A DNA stretch of 64,000 nt from the human T2T-CHM13v2.0 reference genome, Homo sapiens, in the NCBI RefSeq assembly GCF_009914755.1, contig NC_060936.1; one strand, given 5' to 3'. Below the pieces are notes generated by a model that was not told where the DNA came from, did not search any database, and saw only the letters and a program-made list of their open reading frames with translations. The translations under genes were made by a program, and so were the position numbers. Below, in pieces: positions 11,964-26,518 of the stretch (the stretch's first letter is position 1; the number at the start of each line of letters is the position of its first letter).

Positions 11964-14280
11964 TGTATTAGTTCATTTTCAAGCTGCTGGTAAAGACATA
12001 CCCAAGACTGGGCAACTTACAAAAGAAAGAGGTTTAACTGGACTTACAGTTCCACATGGGTAGGGAAGCCTCACAATCATGGGGAAGGCAAGGAGGAGCA
12101 TGTCACATCTTACATGGTTGGCAGCAGGCAATAAGAGAGGGCTTGTGCAGAGAAACTCATGTGTTTTAAAACCATCAGATCTCATGAGACCCATTCACTA
12201 TCACAAGAACAGCACAGAAAAGACCTGCCCCCATGATTCAATCATCCCCCCCAAGGCCTCTCCCACAGCATGTGGGAATTATGGGAGCTACAAGATGAGA
12301 TTTTGGTGGGGACACAGAGCCAAACCATATCTTTCCGCCCCGGCCCCTCCCAAATCTCGTATCTTCATATTTCAAAACCAATCACGCCTTCCCAACAGCT
12401 CCCCAAAGTCTCAACTAATTTTAGCATCAACTCAAAAGTCCACAGTCCAAAGTCTCATCCAAGATACAGCAAGTCCCTTCCACCTATGAGCCTATAAAAT
12501 CAAAATTAAGTTAGTTACCTCCTAGACACAATGGGAGTACAGGCATTGAGTAAATATACCCATTCCAAATTGGAAAAATTGTACAAAACAAAGGGGCTAC
12601 AGGCCCCATGCAAGTCCGAAATACAGCAGGGCAGTCAAATCTTAAAGCTCCAAAATACCTCTTTTGACTCCATGTCTCATATCCAGGTCATGCAGATGCA
12701 AGAGGTGGGTTCCCATGGTCTTGGGTGGCTCCATACCTGTGGCTTTGCAGGGTACAGCCTCCCTTGCAGCTGCTTTCATGGACTGGCATTGAGTGTCTGC
12801 GGCTTTTCCAGGCAAACTGTGCAAGCTGTTGGTGGATCTACTATTCTGGAGTCTGAAGGATGGTGGCCCTTTTCTCGCAGCTCCACTAGGCAGTGCCCCA
12901 GCAGGGACTCCATGTGGGGGCTCCAACCCCACATTTCCCTTTTGCAGTACCCTAGCAGAGGTTCTCCATGAGCACCCCATCCCTGCAACAAACTTCTGCC
13001 TGGACATCCAGGTGTTTCCATAAGTCTTCTGAAATCTAGGTGGAGGTTTCCCAAACCCCAATTCTTGACTTCTGTGCACTCACAGGCTCAACAATATGTG
13101 GAAGCTGCCAAGGCTTGGGACTTGCACCCTCTGGAGCCACTGCCCAAGCTCTAAGTTGGCCCCTTTCAGCCATGGCTGGAGCGGCTGGGATGCACAGCAC
13201 CAAGTCCCTAGGCTGCACACATCAGAAGGACCCCGGGCCAGGCCCATGAAACCATTTTCTCCTAAGCCTCTGGGCCTGTGATGGGAGCGGCTGCTGTGAA
13301 GACCTCTGACATGCCCTGGAGACATTTTCCCCATTGTCTTGGGGATTAACATTCGGCCCCTGGTTACTTATGAACATTTCTGTAGCCAGCTTGAATTTCT
13401 CCTCAGAAAATGGGTTTTTCTTTTATATCACATCAGGCTGCAAATTTTCCAAACTTTTATGCTCTGCTTCCCTTATAAAACTGAATGTCTTTAACAGCAC
13501 CCAAGTTGCCTCTTGAATGCTTTGCTGCTTGGAAATTTCTTCCACCAGATATCCTAAATCATCTCTCTCAAGTTCAAAGTTCCACAGATCTCTATGCCAA
13601 AGGGAAAATGCTGCCAGTCTGTTCGCTAAAACATAACAAGAGTCACCTTTGCTCCAGTTCCCAACAAGTTCCTCATCTCCATGTGAGACCACCTTAGCCT
13701 GGATTTCACTGTTTATGTCATTATCAGCATCTTGGTCAAAGCCATTGAACAAGTCTCTAGGAGGTTCCAAACCATTCTATATTTCCCTGTCTTCCATATT
13801 TCCCAGCCCTCCAAACTGTTCCAACCTCTGCCTGTTACCTAGTTCCAAAGTCAATTCAACATTTATGGGTATTTTTTCAGCAGTGCCCCACTCTACTGGT
13901 ACCAATTTACCATATTAGTCTGTTTTCAAGCTGCTGATGAAGACATACCCAACACTGGGCAATTTATAAAAGAAAGAGGTTTAACTGGACTTACAGTTCC
14001 ACGTGGCTGAGGAAGCCTCACAATCATGGCAGAAGGCAAGGAGGACCATGTCATATCTTGCGTGGATGGCAGCAGGCAATAAGAGATGGCTTGTGCAGAG
14101 AAATTCCCATTTTTTAAAACCATCAGATCTCATGAGACCGATTCATTATCATGAGAACAGCATGGGAAAGACCCGCCCCCATGATTTAATCTTCTCCCAC
14201 CAGGCCTCTCCCACAACACATGGGAATTATGGGAGCTACAAGTTGAGATTTGGGTGGGGACAGAGAGCCAAACCATATCA
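11964..14280 (-). mobile_element. Full-length THE1 (THE1A/B) MaLR provirus: 3' LTR 11964-12332, internal 12333-13910, 5' LTR 13911-14280
   Basis: Two ~370-bp LTRs (~87% identical by eye) around a ~1.6-kb THE1-int; TSD ctatg 11959-11963 / ccatg 14281-14285. Confidence 0.95.
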
Positions 14281-14328
14281 CCATGCTAGACTTCTTTTGC
14301 TGTCATAATCTTTGCAAAGGGGGTTTCA
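14281..14328 (-). mobile_element. LTR8-family ERV1 LTR, 5' terminal piece (inverted)
   Basis: Reverse complement reads tgaaaccccctttgcaaagattatgacagcaaaagaagtctagcatgg, the LTR8-type start. Confidence 0.8.
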
Positions 14329-14727
14329 AAACCATGGGGGCATGGGGTGCCCAGAGGTGTGGGGGGAACATCCCTACCAGGTAGAGCTGTAGGGCAGCAC
14401 CTCTGCCCTAGTGTGTCCAGAGGTGGGACTACTGCCCCAGTGGGCCTGAAGGGCAGAACATGGAGTCAAAGAGGATTATTCTCAAGCCTTAAGCTCTCAA
14501 GGAGTTTGCCTTGCTACATTTTACACTTGCTTGGGACCCATTTTTTTCCTCCCTATTTTTCTTCTTTTCTTCTTCCTCATTTCTCTCTTTTGGAAGAGGA
14601 GTGTCTATCCTATGCCTCTCCCACCACTGTATTTTAGAAGCACATAACTTGTTTGGTTTCACAAGTTTAGAGCTGGGGAGGAATTCTGTCTCAAATTAAT
14701 CATACCATGAGTCTCACCCATATATGA
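14329..14727 (+). mobile_element. MLT1-int fragment in inverted orientation
   Basis: gagtcaaagaggattattctcaagccttaag...tctatcctatgcct...ccactgtattttagaagcacataacttg is the sense MaLR-int 3' region. Confidence 0.75.
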
Positions 14728-14732
14728 GTTCA

Positions 14733-14956
14733 TCCCCAACCAATCAGCAGCACACATTCTCTAACTCCCTGCCTACAAACTTCTCCATAAAACACTAGCC
14801 TCTGAATTCTTGGAGACACTAATTTGAATAATAAACTCCTGCCTTCCATGTGGCTAGCCTTGCTTTAATTAAACTCTTTCTTTACTGCAATACCTCTGTC
14901 TCAATGAATCGGCTCTATCTGTGCAGTGGGCAAGAAGAATCTATTAGGTGATTAGA
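14733..14956 (+). mobile_element. LTR8-family ERV1 LTR, 3' piece
   Basis: ccaaccaatcagcagcac...aattaaactctttctttactgcaat...gtgcagtgggcaagaagaatctattaggtgattaga. Confidence 0.8.
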
Positions 14957-16535
<1,579 letters not shown>

Positions 16536-16959
16536 CTATATATTCAAATGAGTTTTTCTCCCAACTTGTCATGTTGGGCAGACATTCTTCATCCAATGAT
16601 GCTGTTTGGTGGGTGCCCACCCCAACAGGCTCTATGGATGCCCCACTCACAGTGATGCTATTCATAAGAGGTGCTATCTGGAACAGCAAATGGAAACAAG
16701 CCAAATAACCAAAATGCATAAACCACATATTACATTAAAATAACATAATTTATTCCCACTGCTTTCTAGTAAGACAGAGTAAAATTTTAGTTTATTAGCC
16801 TTTTTGTGACATCTTGTAAACAATACTTATTTTAATGTAAAAGTGTACACAAATCAGAATGGCTGCACTGAACTCAAGGAAACACATGCTGCTTATTTTC
16901 TGCCTGAAACCTGGAAGGAGGAAGGAGGGGTCATCCTCAGAGCCTTCCCTTACCTTCAT

Positions 16960-17515
16960 TCCTGTGATACAACTCCCTAGTCCTGCGCACAGCATCTCCT
17001 TTGTAACTCTCATTTCCACCCTCTCCTCACTAAGACCTCATCATTGCATATCTAAATTATTCCAATTGTCTAATAATTGGCCTCCCTGCAGCCACTCCAC
17101 AAGTCTCTCTGCAGTCATAAGCCAGTGACCTTTCTGTAATGCAAATCTAGGTCCATATCCTCTTCCTGATGCCGCTTAATGCATGAAAGGCCTTCTCATG
17201 GCTGGCCTTTTCTACGTTCTCCAGTCTCATCATTTTTCACTTGTTCCACCCCCACCTCCAACATGCAACCTTTGCCCCAGCCCTACTTAAAGACATGCAG
17301 TTCCCCAACACATAATATGCAATTTGATTTTTTAAGTTGTGTATTTATTTGCTGATTCCTTATGGTCTGTCTCCCATTGTTAGAATATTGGGTAATGAGA
17401 GTGGGAAACTTGTCTGGTTTATGTATAGTGGTATTGCCAACATCTGGAATGACTCCTGATACCTGAAAGGCACATCTGTAACGATTTTTTAAATGGATGA
17501 ATGAATTAATGAATA
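16960..17515 (+). mobile_element. L2 3' fragment
   Basis: Ends in aaatggatgaatgaattaatgaat; contains tgacctttctgtaatgcaaatct. Confidence 0.55.
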
Positions 17516-17663
17516 CCTCAGTGCCTATGCACACACTGTTCCTTCCATTTAAAATGTCCTTTCCCACTGCCTTTTATGATTTAAACCCCATTTTTCTTCC
17601 AAAACTCAGTTTCAGTATCAATTCTTCTGGAAAGCTTTTGCTATACTTTCCCTTCCCTACCCA

Positions 17664-17664
<1 letters not shown>

Positions 17665-17700
<36 letters not shown>
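17665..17700. repeat. (CA)n microsatellite
   Basis: Direct reading, about 18 units. Confidence 0.95.
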
Positions 17701-17702
<2 letters not shown>

Positions 17703-17799
17703 CCAATGGGTTTACCTCTCTTCTGAGCTCCCATTACACCCCTACCCCATGCATAAGTCTCAGAAACAGTTGGCTCTTGATCAAAGACTGATGCTCCCC

Positions 17800-18145
17800 T
17801 TCCACAGTGCAAAGCTGTTGCCAGAAAGTGGCTACCTAGCCATGGCATTACATGAGGCCAAGAGGACTAAGCTCTAATGAATGGCTTATGGCCACCTCTT
17901 CCAAACCTATCCCCCAAAATCTTCCTGTGCCACACTCCAGTTTCCTCTTTCTTTCATTTGCTGACTGGTTGCAGAGGATCCAGAAGAGAACTCTGAGACT
18001 ATGGAGATTGTTGGAGCTATGTGAGGACTGTCTGCCAAGCACCTGCTCTACTCTGTAATAGAGGACGGAAACAAACATCTACTATGCTAAATCATGGGGC
18101 TTTAGGAGCTGTTTGTTACAGAAGTTAGCCTACCCTACATTATAC
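17800..18145 (+). mobile_element. Old MLT1 (J-like) LTR remnant
   Basis: 3' end tgtttgttacagaagttagcctaccctac. Confidence 0.45.
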
Positions 18146-18907
18146 AGCATATCATTACCACAGTGCAAAGTACTGTCATAGTCCATGTGTCAGTCTCCTT
18201 TTCTGTACTCAGTGCTCTTGAGGCAGGGACTGTGAGTCACTTCTCTATATTACCAGGGCCTAATGCAGGGTCTGGCACATAACTATGTGCACTTAGTATG
18301 TCTGGCAATTGGCATGACTCCAGGAATAAAAAAAGAAAAAAACAGACAAAGCCAAACCTTGGTTTTCTCCCTAACAAGCTTTCTCCCACAAAATCCCTTT
18401 GCCATTTTCACAATAGGGAATTTCTGAGATGATGTTTTACCACGAGCAGCATTTGGACCCCTTCTTCTCTACTAAAACACTTTGGGTGAAGAGGTCCTCC
18501 TGAGAACCTCTGCCCTGTACATCTTATTACCAGACTGTTCAGCTGTCAACCACTACACAAAGAGCTCACTGATGAGAATTACTTTTGAAGGAGCAATCTA
18601 TGCCTGTGATTAATTCCATCCTTCCCTGGAATGTTTGTTTCGTTTTTGTTTTAATAGCACCTTTTCCTGTTAAGAATGAAATAAATGATGCCTAATTTTC
18701 CCTCTCCTTGCCAACCTAAACTAATCATGACTAATTCTGACTTAGGTGAATTTATCCTGGTGAGATCTACATTTAACTGAGATCCTAAAAAACCTAGGTG
18801 GAAGTTAATTACATTTCTGAAACAATGAATGAAATCTAAATGGATTCTGGAATGTAAAACGCAAATGGACTTTTTAGTTCTAAGCTACTGTCCAGACTCA
18901 CAAGTAT

Positions 18908-21900
18908 TGTCTTCATCTGTTTGGTGCTCTATAACAGAATACCTGAGACTGGGTAATTATGAAGAACATAAATTTATTTCTCACAGTTCTAAAACCTGGG
19001 AAGTCCAATATCAAGGTGCTGACAGGTTAGGGCTCAGTCTCTCTATTTCCAAGATGGCAATTTGAACACTGCATCCTCCAGAGGGGAGGAACATCATGTC
19101 CTCATATGGAAGTAGAGCAGAAGAGAGAGAACCTACTCCCATAAGCCCTTTTTATAGCAACAAGCTATAGTTTGGATGTTTGTCCCTCTAAATCTCATAC
19201 TGAAATTTGATCCCCAGTGTTGGAGGGAGGGCATAGTGGGAGGTATTTGGGTCAGGGGGAGAGATCCCTCATGAATGGCTTGCTGCCATCCTCATGGTAA
19301 TAAGTGAGTTCTCACTCTATTAGTTACTGCAAGATCTGGTTGCTAAAAAGAACATAATACCTTCCCCCTCTCTCTCTTGCTTCCTTTCTTTCCATGGGAT
19401 CTCTGTACATGCTGACCCCTCTTTCCCTTCTGCTCTGAGAGTAATCTGCTGGAGGCCCTCACTAGAGGCAGATGCTGGGTACCGTGCATCTTGTACAACC
19501 TGCAGAACTGTGAGCCAAATAAATCTCTTTTCTTTATAAATTACGCAGCCTCTGGTATTCCTTTATAGCAACACAAATGGACTAAGACATAAAATTGGTA
19601 CCAAGGAGTAAAGTGTTACTATAAAGATACTTGAAAATGTGGAAGCAGCTTTAGAACTGGGTAATGGGCAGAGGTTGGAAGAGTTTAGAGGGCTCAGAAG
19701 AAGACAGGAAGCTGAGGGAAAGTTTGGAAATTCTTAGAGATTGGTTAAGTGGTTGTGACCAAAATGCTGATAGAAATAGAGAGAATAAAGGCCATGATGA
19801 CAAGGTCTCATTGGGAACTGAAGCAAAGGCCACTCATGTTACATCTTAGCAAAGAACTTGGTTGCATTGTGTCCATGATCTAGGGATTTGTGGAAGGCTA
19901 AACTTAAGCATGATGATCTATCTTGCAGAAGAAATTTCTAAGCAGCAAAGCATTCAAGGCATGGTGGGGCTGCTTTTAACAGCTTACAATCAGATATGGC
20001 AGCAAAGGAACCTCCTAAAAGTGAAATTTATATTTAAAAGAGAAGCAAAGAGTAAAAATTTGGAAAATCCACAGCCTGGTCATGTGTTGGATAAGGAAAG
20101 AACATTTTCAGGAGAGAAATCCAAGGGTGCTGCAGAGCAACCACTTGCTAAAGAGATTGGCATGACTAAAAAGGAGCCAGGTACTAATAGTCAAGACAGT
20201 GGGGAAAAAGCCCCAAAGGCATTTCAGAAATCTTCGAGGCAGCTCCTTCCATCACAGGCCTAGAGGCCTAGGAGGACAGAATGGTTTAGGTGGACAGGCC
20301 CATGGTGCTGCTGCCCTGCACTGCTTCAGGATGCCATTCCCCACATTCCAGCCACTCTGGCTAGTATAGCCCAGGCTCAAATGGCCTCAGGTATTGCTCA
20401 AGCTTCTGCTCTAGAAGGTACACACCATAAGCCTTGGCAGCTTCCATGTAAAGAGTGTAGGCACCCAAAATGCAAGAGTGGTAGAGGCATAGAAGCTTCC
20501 ATCTAAATTTTAGAGGACGTGTTGGAAAGACTGGGTGCCCAAGGCAGAAGTCTGTCCCAGGGGTGGAGCCACCACATAGAGATTCTACTAAGGCAGTAGC
20601 CTATTGGAGCTGTGAGAGTACGGTTTGTGCCCTCTAGACCCCAGAATGATAGAGCCAGTGGCAGCTTGCAACCTGAGCCTGAAAAAGGCACTGGCATTCA
20701 ACTCCAACCCATGAGAGCAGCTACATGGCCTGTACCCAGCAAAGCCATGGCCTTGGGGGCCCACCCTTAGACCAGTGTGCCAGGGTATGAGACATGAATC
20801 AAATATTTTTTTTTATCATTAAGACTTAATGTCTGCTCTTCTGGGCTTCAGAATTGAATGGGTCGTATTACCCTTTTCTTTTGGCCAATTTATCCCTTTT
20901 GGAATGGGAATGTTTACCCAGTGCCTGTACCACCATTGTGTCTTGGAAGTAAATAACTTTATTTTACAGGCTCACAACTGTAAAGAACTTTCTTGAGTCT
21001 CAGTTGAAACTTTGGACATTGGAGTTCATACTGGACCACAAACATACTTGATTACATTTCCAAGACATAAATTTTGGGGAGTATATTCAGACCATAGCAT
21101 TCCACCTCTGGCCTCCCAAATTCATGTACTTCTCATACATGAAATACATTCATTTCATCCCAATGGCTCCAAAAATCCTAATTCATTCCAACATCAACTC
21201 AAAAGTTCAAGTCCAAAGTCTCAACTAAATCAGATGTGGTTGAGACTCAAGGCACAACTTATCCTGAGGCAAATTCCCTCTATCTGTGAGCCTAAGAAAT
21301 CAAACAAGTTATGTGCTTCCAAAATACAATGGTGGAATGGTTGTAAAAGGGGAAATAAGCCAGAAGAAGAAGAAACAGTTTCCAAGTAAGTCTAAAACTC
21401 CACAGGGCAAACACTAAATCCTAAAGGTTGAGAACAATCTTTTTGTTCTCCATGTTTCACCTTCCAAACATCCTGGGGTGGGGTTGGGCTCCAAGCCCCC
21501 AAACAGCCATGTACCTAAAGCTTCACAGGGCAAAGTACATGCTTCAGCTCTCACACATTAAAGTCACATGCCTGCAGCTCTCCCAGGCTAATGCTGCATA
21601 CTGGTGGCTCTACAGTTCTAGAGTCTTGGGCATGGCCCAAGCCATACTTGGGCCCCTCTGAGCCACAGCTGGGGCAGCTAAGGAGCACTACTGCACTGGA
21701 ATGTAGGGAGCAGAGACCTCAGGCAGCCCTGGGCAGTGAGCCCTGAAGTCCCATGAGTGACCTGGGCCCATCCCCACAAACCATTCTGGCCCTGGTACCC
21801 TGAGCCTGTGATTGGAGGGGCAGCTCAAATACCTCCAAAACGTCTTTTGGGTCATTTCCCCTTTGTCTTGATAAATAGCACTTGGCCTCCTTCTATCCAT

Positions 21901-22205
21901 ACTAATCTCTATCAAGTAATCACTTGGCCACACTCTTGGCTTTCTCTCCTAAACACACGTTTAGTCATTACATGACCAGGCTGAGAATTTTCCAAATATT
22001 TGCTTTCTCCTTCCCTTTTAGTTATAAATTCCATCTTTAATCATTTCTATTTTCTTGCATTTTACTATGAGCAGTTGAGGGAAGCCATGCAGCATCCTGC
22101 TTGAGATTTCTGCTTTGAGATTTCTTTTGCCAAATATCTTAGTTTATCACTCTTAAGTTCTGCCTTCCATAAAGTTCTAGGACATGACCATAATTCAGCC
22201 AAGTT
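18908..22205 (-). mobile_element. MSTC-like provirus remnant: LTR split into 18908-19162 and ~21040-21099, internal 21100-22205
   Basis: tgtcttcatctgtttggtgctctataacagaatacctgagactggg...; resumes ttttggggagtatattcagaccatagca followed by MaLR-int. Confidence 0.75.
19163..21035 (+). mobile_element. MSTB-like provirus: 5' LTR 19163-19589 plus internal, 3' LTR missing
   Basis: gctatagtttggatgtttgtccctctaaatctcat...atggactaagaca then aaaattggtacc internal start. Confidence 0.85.
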
Positions 22206-22209
22206 CAAT

Positions 22210-22469
22210 GTGGCAGCAAATTCAGTGTCTGATAAGGGCAATCTTAGGGGCTTGAAGATAGCCATCTTCTCATTGTTCCCTCACATGGCAAAGAGCAGAG
22301 AGAGGGTGCAAGCTTGCGAGTCTTTTTGTGTAGGGGTACTAATCCTGTTGAGGAGGGCTCCATCCTAATGACCTAGTTATCTCTCAAAGGCCCCACCTTC
22401 TACTACCATGACATTAGAGGTTAGGATCTCAAAATATGAATTTGGAGGGACAAACATAACACTATTACA
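22210..22469 (-). mobile_element. MLT1A/MSTD-type LTR fragment
   Basis: agggctccatcctaatgacctagttatctctcaaaggccccacc...atatgaatttggagggacaaacat. Confidence 0.7.
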
Positions 22470-24148
22470 TATACATAAGGGTTTATATAATAAGGCTTCT
22501 ACATTAGCAAATGTTTATGACAGGTTAAGAAAATTATCTTGGTTATGTGGAATATATTATTTCAAAGCAACTGCTTTTTAGAGAAATGTTTGACTTGTGC
22601 ATTTTAAATTTACTGACATGCCTTGATTGCATCTGGAGAAATATGAAAGGGAAAGAAATGATAACTTCTTAAACCGAAAAAAAAAGCAAAAATAAATCAG
22701 TCACTCCCAAGGGGCATCTTATATGTCAGTTCAGACTATGTAGCTTGATTGATGTAAATCTGTGTATCACTCTTCTAGTGCTATAAACAGATATTTACTT
22801 CTCCACTTCACTCCACACTCTGACACATTGGTTCAGGGAAAGGCTTAATTACTACAGCAATTAAGCTTACCAAATATTAAAAGTGACTTACAAGACAGCA
22901 ACATGGAAACTGGATTTTGAAAGCTTTAGAACAGAAAGACTTGATAAAGAAACTACCAGAAAGATTAAAAGAGAAAAGAAAAGAGAGAGAGCAACATAAA
23001 GAAATCTGCAACACAAGTTAGGATGGGTTCTAGGACCATGAGGAAGGAGGACTGGGGAGGAAGGCTGGGTTTTCTGTTTATCTAATGGCTGGAGGGTCTG
23101 ATAGCTGACTCCCTTGCTTATCAGTTCACTTCTGCATTAAGTCTCTGAGGTCCCTGCAAAGTCAACCCTGGTAATACATGAGATGCAGTGAAACAAATAA
23201 TATTCATATTTTTTAAACAAACTCAAAAATTGTTTAAAATGGCTACTACTTCCACTAATATCTAGCTTCTATTCCTACCTTTCTGTCTGGTTACATCTTA
23301 ATATTTTCCTATTTTAAAGGTGCCAGAGCCTCCCCTGAAACTCCCCTGCCCAGCTCTGCTTTATTAATTCTTTTTTTTTCTCCCTCTGAGCTCAGGGATC
23401 TAGAGAAACCAGGCAAGACTAGCTCACCATTTGCTAATACTGTGACCTAGATTGGATCTGTTTCACTTAAACAGTAAGAGTTTTAGCCTTGGGCTATCAA
23501 TACATCTAATGCTGCAGTGGACCCACAGTTTGTTTACAAGGGATGTTTTTGCCTGGGATAAAACATGAGCTCTTGATTTCTTCTGAGTTTGCAGACTGGA
23601 CCAAGATTTGGGCAATTTTTTTAGGCTTTTTTCAAAAATGCTCACGAAGGTGTTATCTGTGTCTCAACATATTCAGCAAAATTTGTAAATTTCTTCCCCA
23701 GATAAATTTGGAAGTTCCCATCCCCTTCTGATAAATAACTAGAAGATACTGCCACTCAGCACAGAGATAGTACTCATTACATCATCTTTGGTTCAATGAT
23801 TCATTTCCAAATCTCCTTGATTCACTTAATAATATTACATCATACTTACACAACTGCAGTAATAACTAAGTCATATCATAAGTGTGCTATGAGGTAGATA
23901 AATTATCCCTTTTTATGGATACTCAAGAACACACATCTATTAAGTAGAAAAATTAAAATCTGAGTTTGTCTTACTCCACACAGACTTAACTTTCATAGCA
24001 CTATTCTAGGAGTGCATAGGACTATATATTCTAAATCATTTTAACCATTGTGATCTTATTTGATCTGAAGCACAGCACTCTGCAGTAGCTATCATTATGT
24101 CCAGGAAGAAATTGAAGCTCCAAGAGTTTGAAGAATTTGCTCAAAGTA

Positions 24149-24384
24149 TGGCTGCCATGTCTGGGGGTGCAAATGTGGGACTTTCAGTTAAATTTGATTT
24201 TCAGATAACAAATAATATTTGGGAAACATACTAAAAACTTATTTGGTACTTATCAATTTCAGTTTATTTATTCCATTTCAGATAAGTAACAAAATAATTT
24301 TTTAGTATAAGTTATATCCCAAATATTATTCTTTATCTAATATTCAAATTCATCTAGGTGTCCTATATTTATATATGACAACCT
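24149..24384. mobile_element. MER53-like palindromic hAT MITE inside a MIR
   Basis: cagttaaatttgattttcagataa...ttatctaatattcaaatt...gtgtcctatattt...tgacaacc. Confidence 0.75.
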
Positions 24385-26195
24385 TAGCCTAAAATCACAC
24401 TACTGGTGTGAGGCAAGGTTGGGACTACAAGATAGGTCTTTGCTCCTAAACCCAGGGCTCTTTCCACCACACCAGAATAAGGGGCCTAAACCCCCACCCA
24501 GATTTGTAAATGGACTATTATATATAACTGCCTCTGATCAGATACTCAAATACTCATATAAACTAGTATTTTTCCTACATGTAAAGTAACCTTGTAGCTG
24601 GTGTGAATCTCAGTCCATACATGCTGATGTCAAAAATTAGAACTAAATTTGGTATAAGTGAACTTAGTTTCCATTTTAAATCCTCCTCCTTGCTGGAATA
24701 GCGGAAGTACTACTTCTAGGCTCTCTCCCTAATATGGGCTATGATTCTGGGATCTTACTCAGTGTCAGGCTCCATGGGAGCAGGGTCCCATCTGGTCACC
24801 GTGTTGTCGGCCCACACAAGATGCTGCCTGTGAAGCCTCGCAGCCCTGATGCTCCAGTGACAGGCTGAACTCACAGGCTTTTGGCAAACTGCTAAAGCTT
24901 GCATCCTCTTTTGCAGGGTCTCTGGGAAACTGGCTGCCTCTGAGAGCCTCTGCCTAGGAAATGGGGCAGAGGTTCTCTCTGTTCTCATCACCTCTTACCC
25001 TCTCCCCAACCTGGGGACAAGATGGATATTTTTCTTTTTTTTCTAGTCTTTGAGAAATCATACTTCTCTTCAGTTTCTGGCAGAAACTTTTATCCATTCT
25101 TCAGAATTTGTTCCTTGTTCCTTTGGGTTTGGACTTTCAAAGATAAAAACCAGAAAGATTTCCACATATATACATCTCTACCACACTCTCTTCCCTGGGG
25201 TAAGAAGCACAAGACCAACTAATTGCTTGAATGCAGAAGAGACAGAAGGAAATTCTGGGTGAGAAAAAAATTCATTAGTATCTTAACATATTCCCCTGAC
25301 ACAACACAATATAAGAGTTATACTTTTGTCAACAAATCATATGTTATGGTTTCTCCATTTAATACACTGCTCTATACATTTCTGCAACTAAAATTGATAT
25401 AATCATCCTACGTAGCCAGACCCGTTTCCTGAAACCAGGCTCATCAGATTACTTCCTAGCTCAAATTCCTCCAACAGCTCTCCCTTGTCTACAAAATATA
25501 GTTTAGTCTCCATGGTTTGGCACATGAAGATGTCCAGTCTGCCCATTCTGTTTTTACCTCCATCTTCCAAAGCTCCTCAGCATGGGCAGTCACAAGCCCA
25601 CCATATTACCCTGCCTGCAATGCCTTCCTTCTTCCCTTGTTCCTCTCCAAAATTCCCAACTGTTGCCATAAATGTTGACTTCATATCTCCACCATCCCTC
25701 CACTACAGCAGCCCATACCAACCCATTTCAGTTCACATCAACTAATTCCTCTGCCAACCACCTTACTCGGTATCCCTTTAGATCTCTAAGAAGGATACAT
25801 TGCTATTTTAAACATGAAAACATCACATGTGGTAGCAGAGCATAGGTTAATTAATATGTAGAAGTTTCTTTGCTTAGGACTGGAATTGTACCACCTCCAT
25901 GCAGTAACACTGGTTGTGTCATAATAATGAATGCCTGACCAGGTCCTGAATGGAAAAAAAAAGTGAGAAAGCAAATGCTTTATTAAATGCAAATGTCTGA
26001 TTGAAAAATAACAGGCCCACTGAGATATGAAAGAAGACTTTAAGAGTGAAAAGGTTCACATCCAGTTCAGCACAACCCTTCAACTTTCAGTTGAAGAAAT
26101 ACCTTCCGCCCTCACCCACACCCACCACCACAAGTTTCCGCCTGTTGTAATGAAAGATGGTACTCCTCACGTGCTATACAATGTGGAAAGCCCAC

Positions 26196-26518
26196 TGCTA
26201 CGGACTGAATGTTTGTGTCCCGCCAAAATTCATATGTTACCTCCTAATCTGTAATGTGATGGTATTTGGAGGAGATTAGGTCATGAAGGTGGAGCACTCT
26301 TGGGCACATGAACGGAATTAGTGCCCAGTAAGCACCTTTGCCCCTGCCACCATGTGAGGACTCACAGAGAAGACGGCTGTCTATGAACCAGACACTGAAT
26401 CTGCTGGCATCTTGATCCTGGACTTCCAGGCTCCAGAACTGTCAGAAATAAGTTTCTATTGTTTATAAGCTACCCAGTTTATGGTATTTTTGTCCAGTAG
26501 CCCAAGCAGATTAAGATA
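26196..26518 (+). mobile_element. MLT1A0-like solo LTR
   Basis: tgctacggactgaatgtttgtgtccc...agcagattaagata; TSD cccac/ctcac. Confidence 0.85.

Noticed and set aside
12079-14308. Cluster of 60-146 aa ORFs
   Set aside because: Chance frames in THE1 LTR/internal sequence; no gag/pol motifs recognised.
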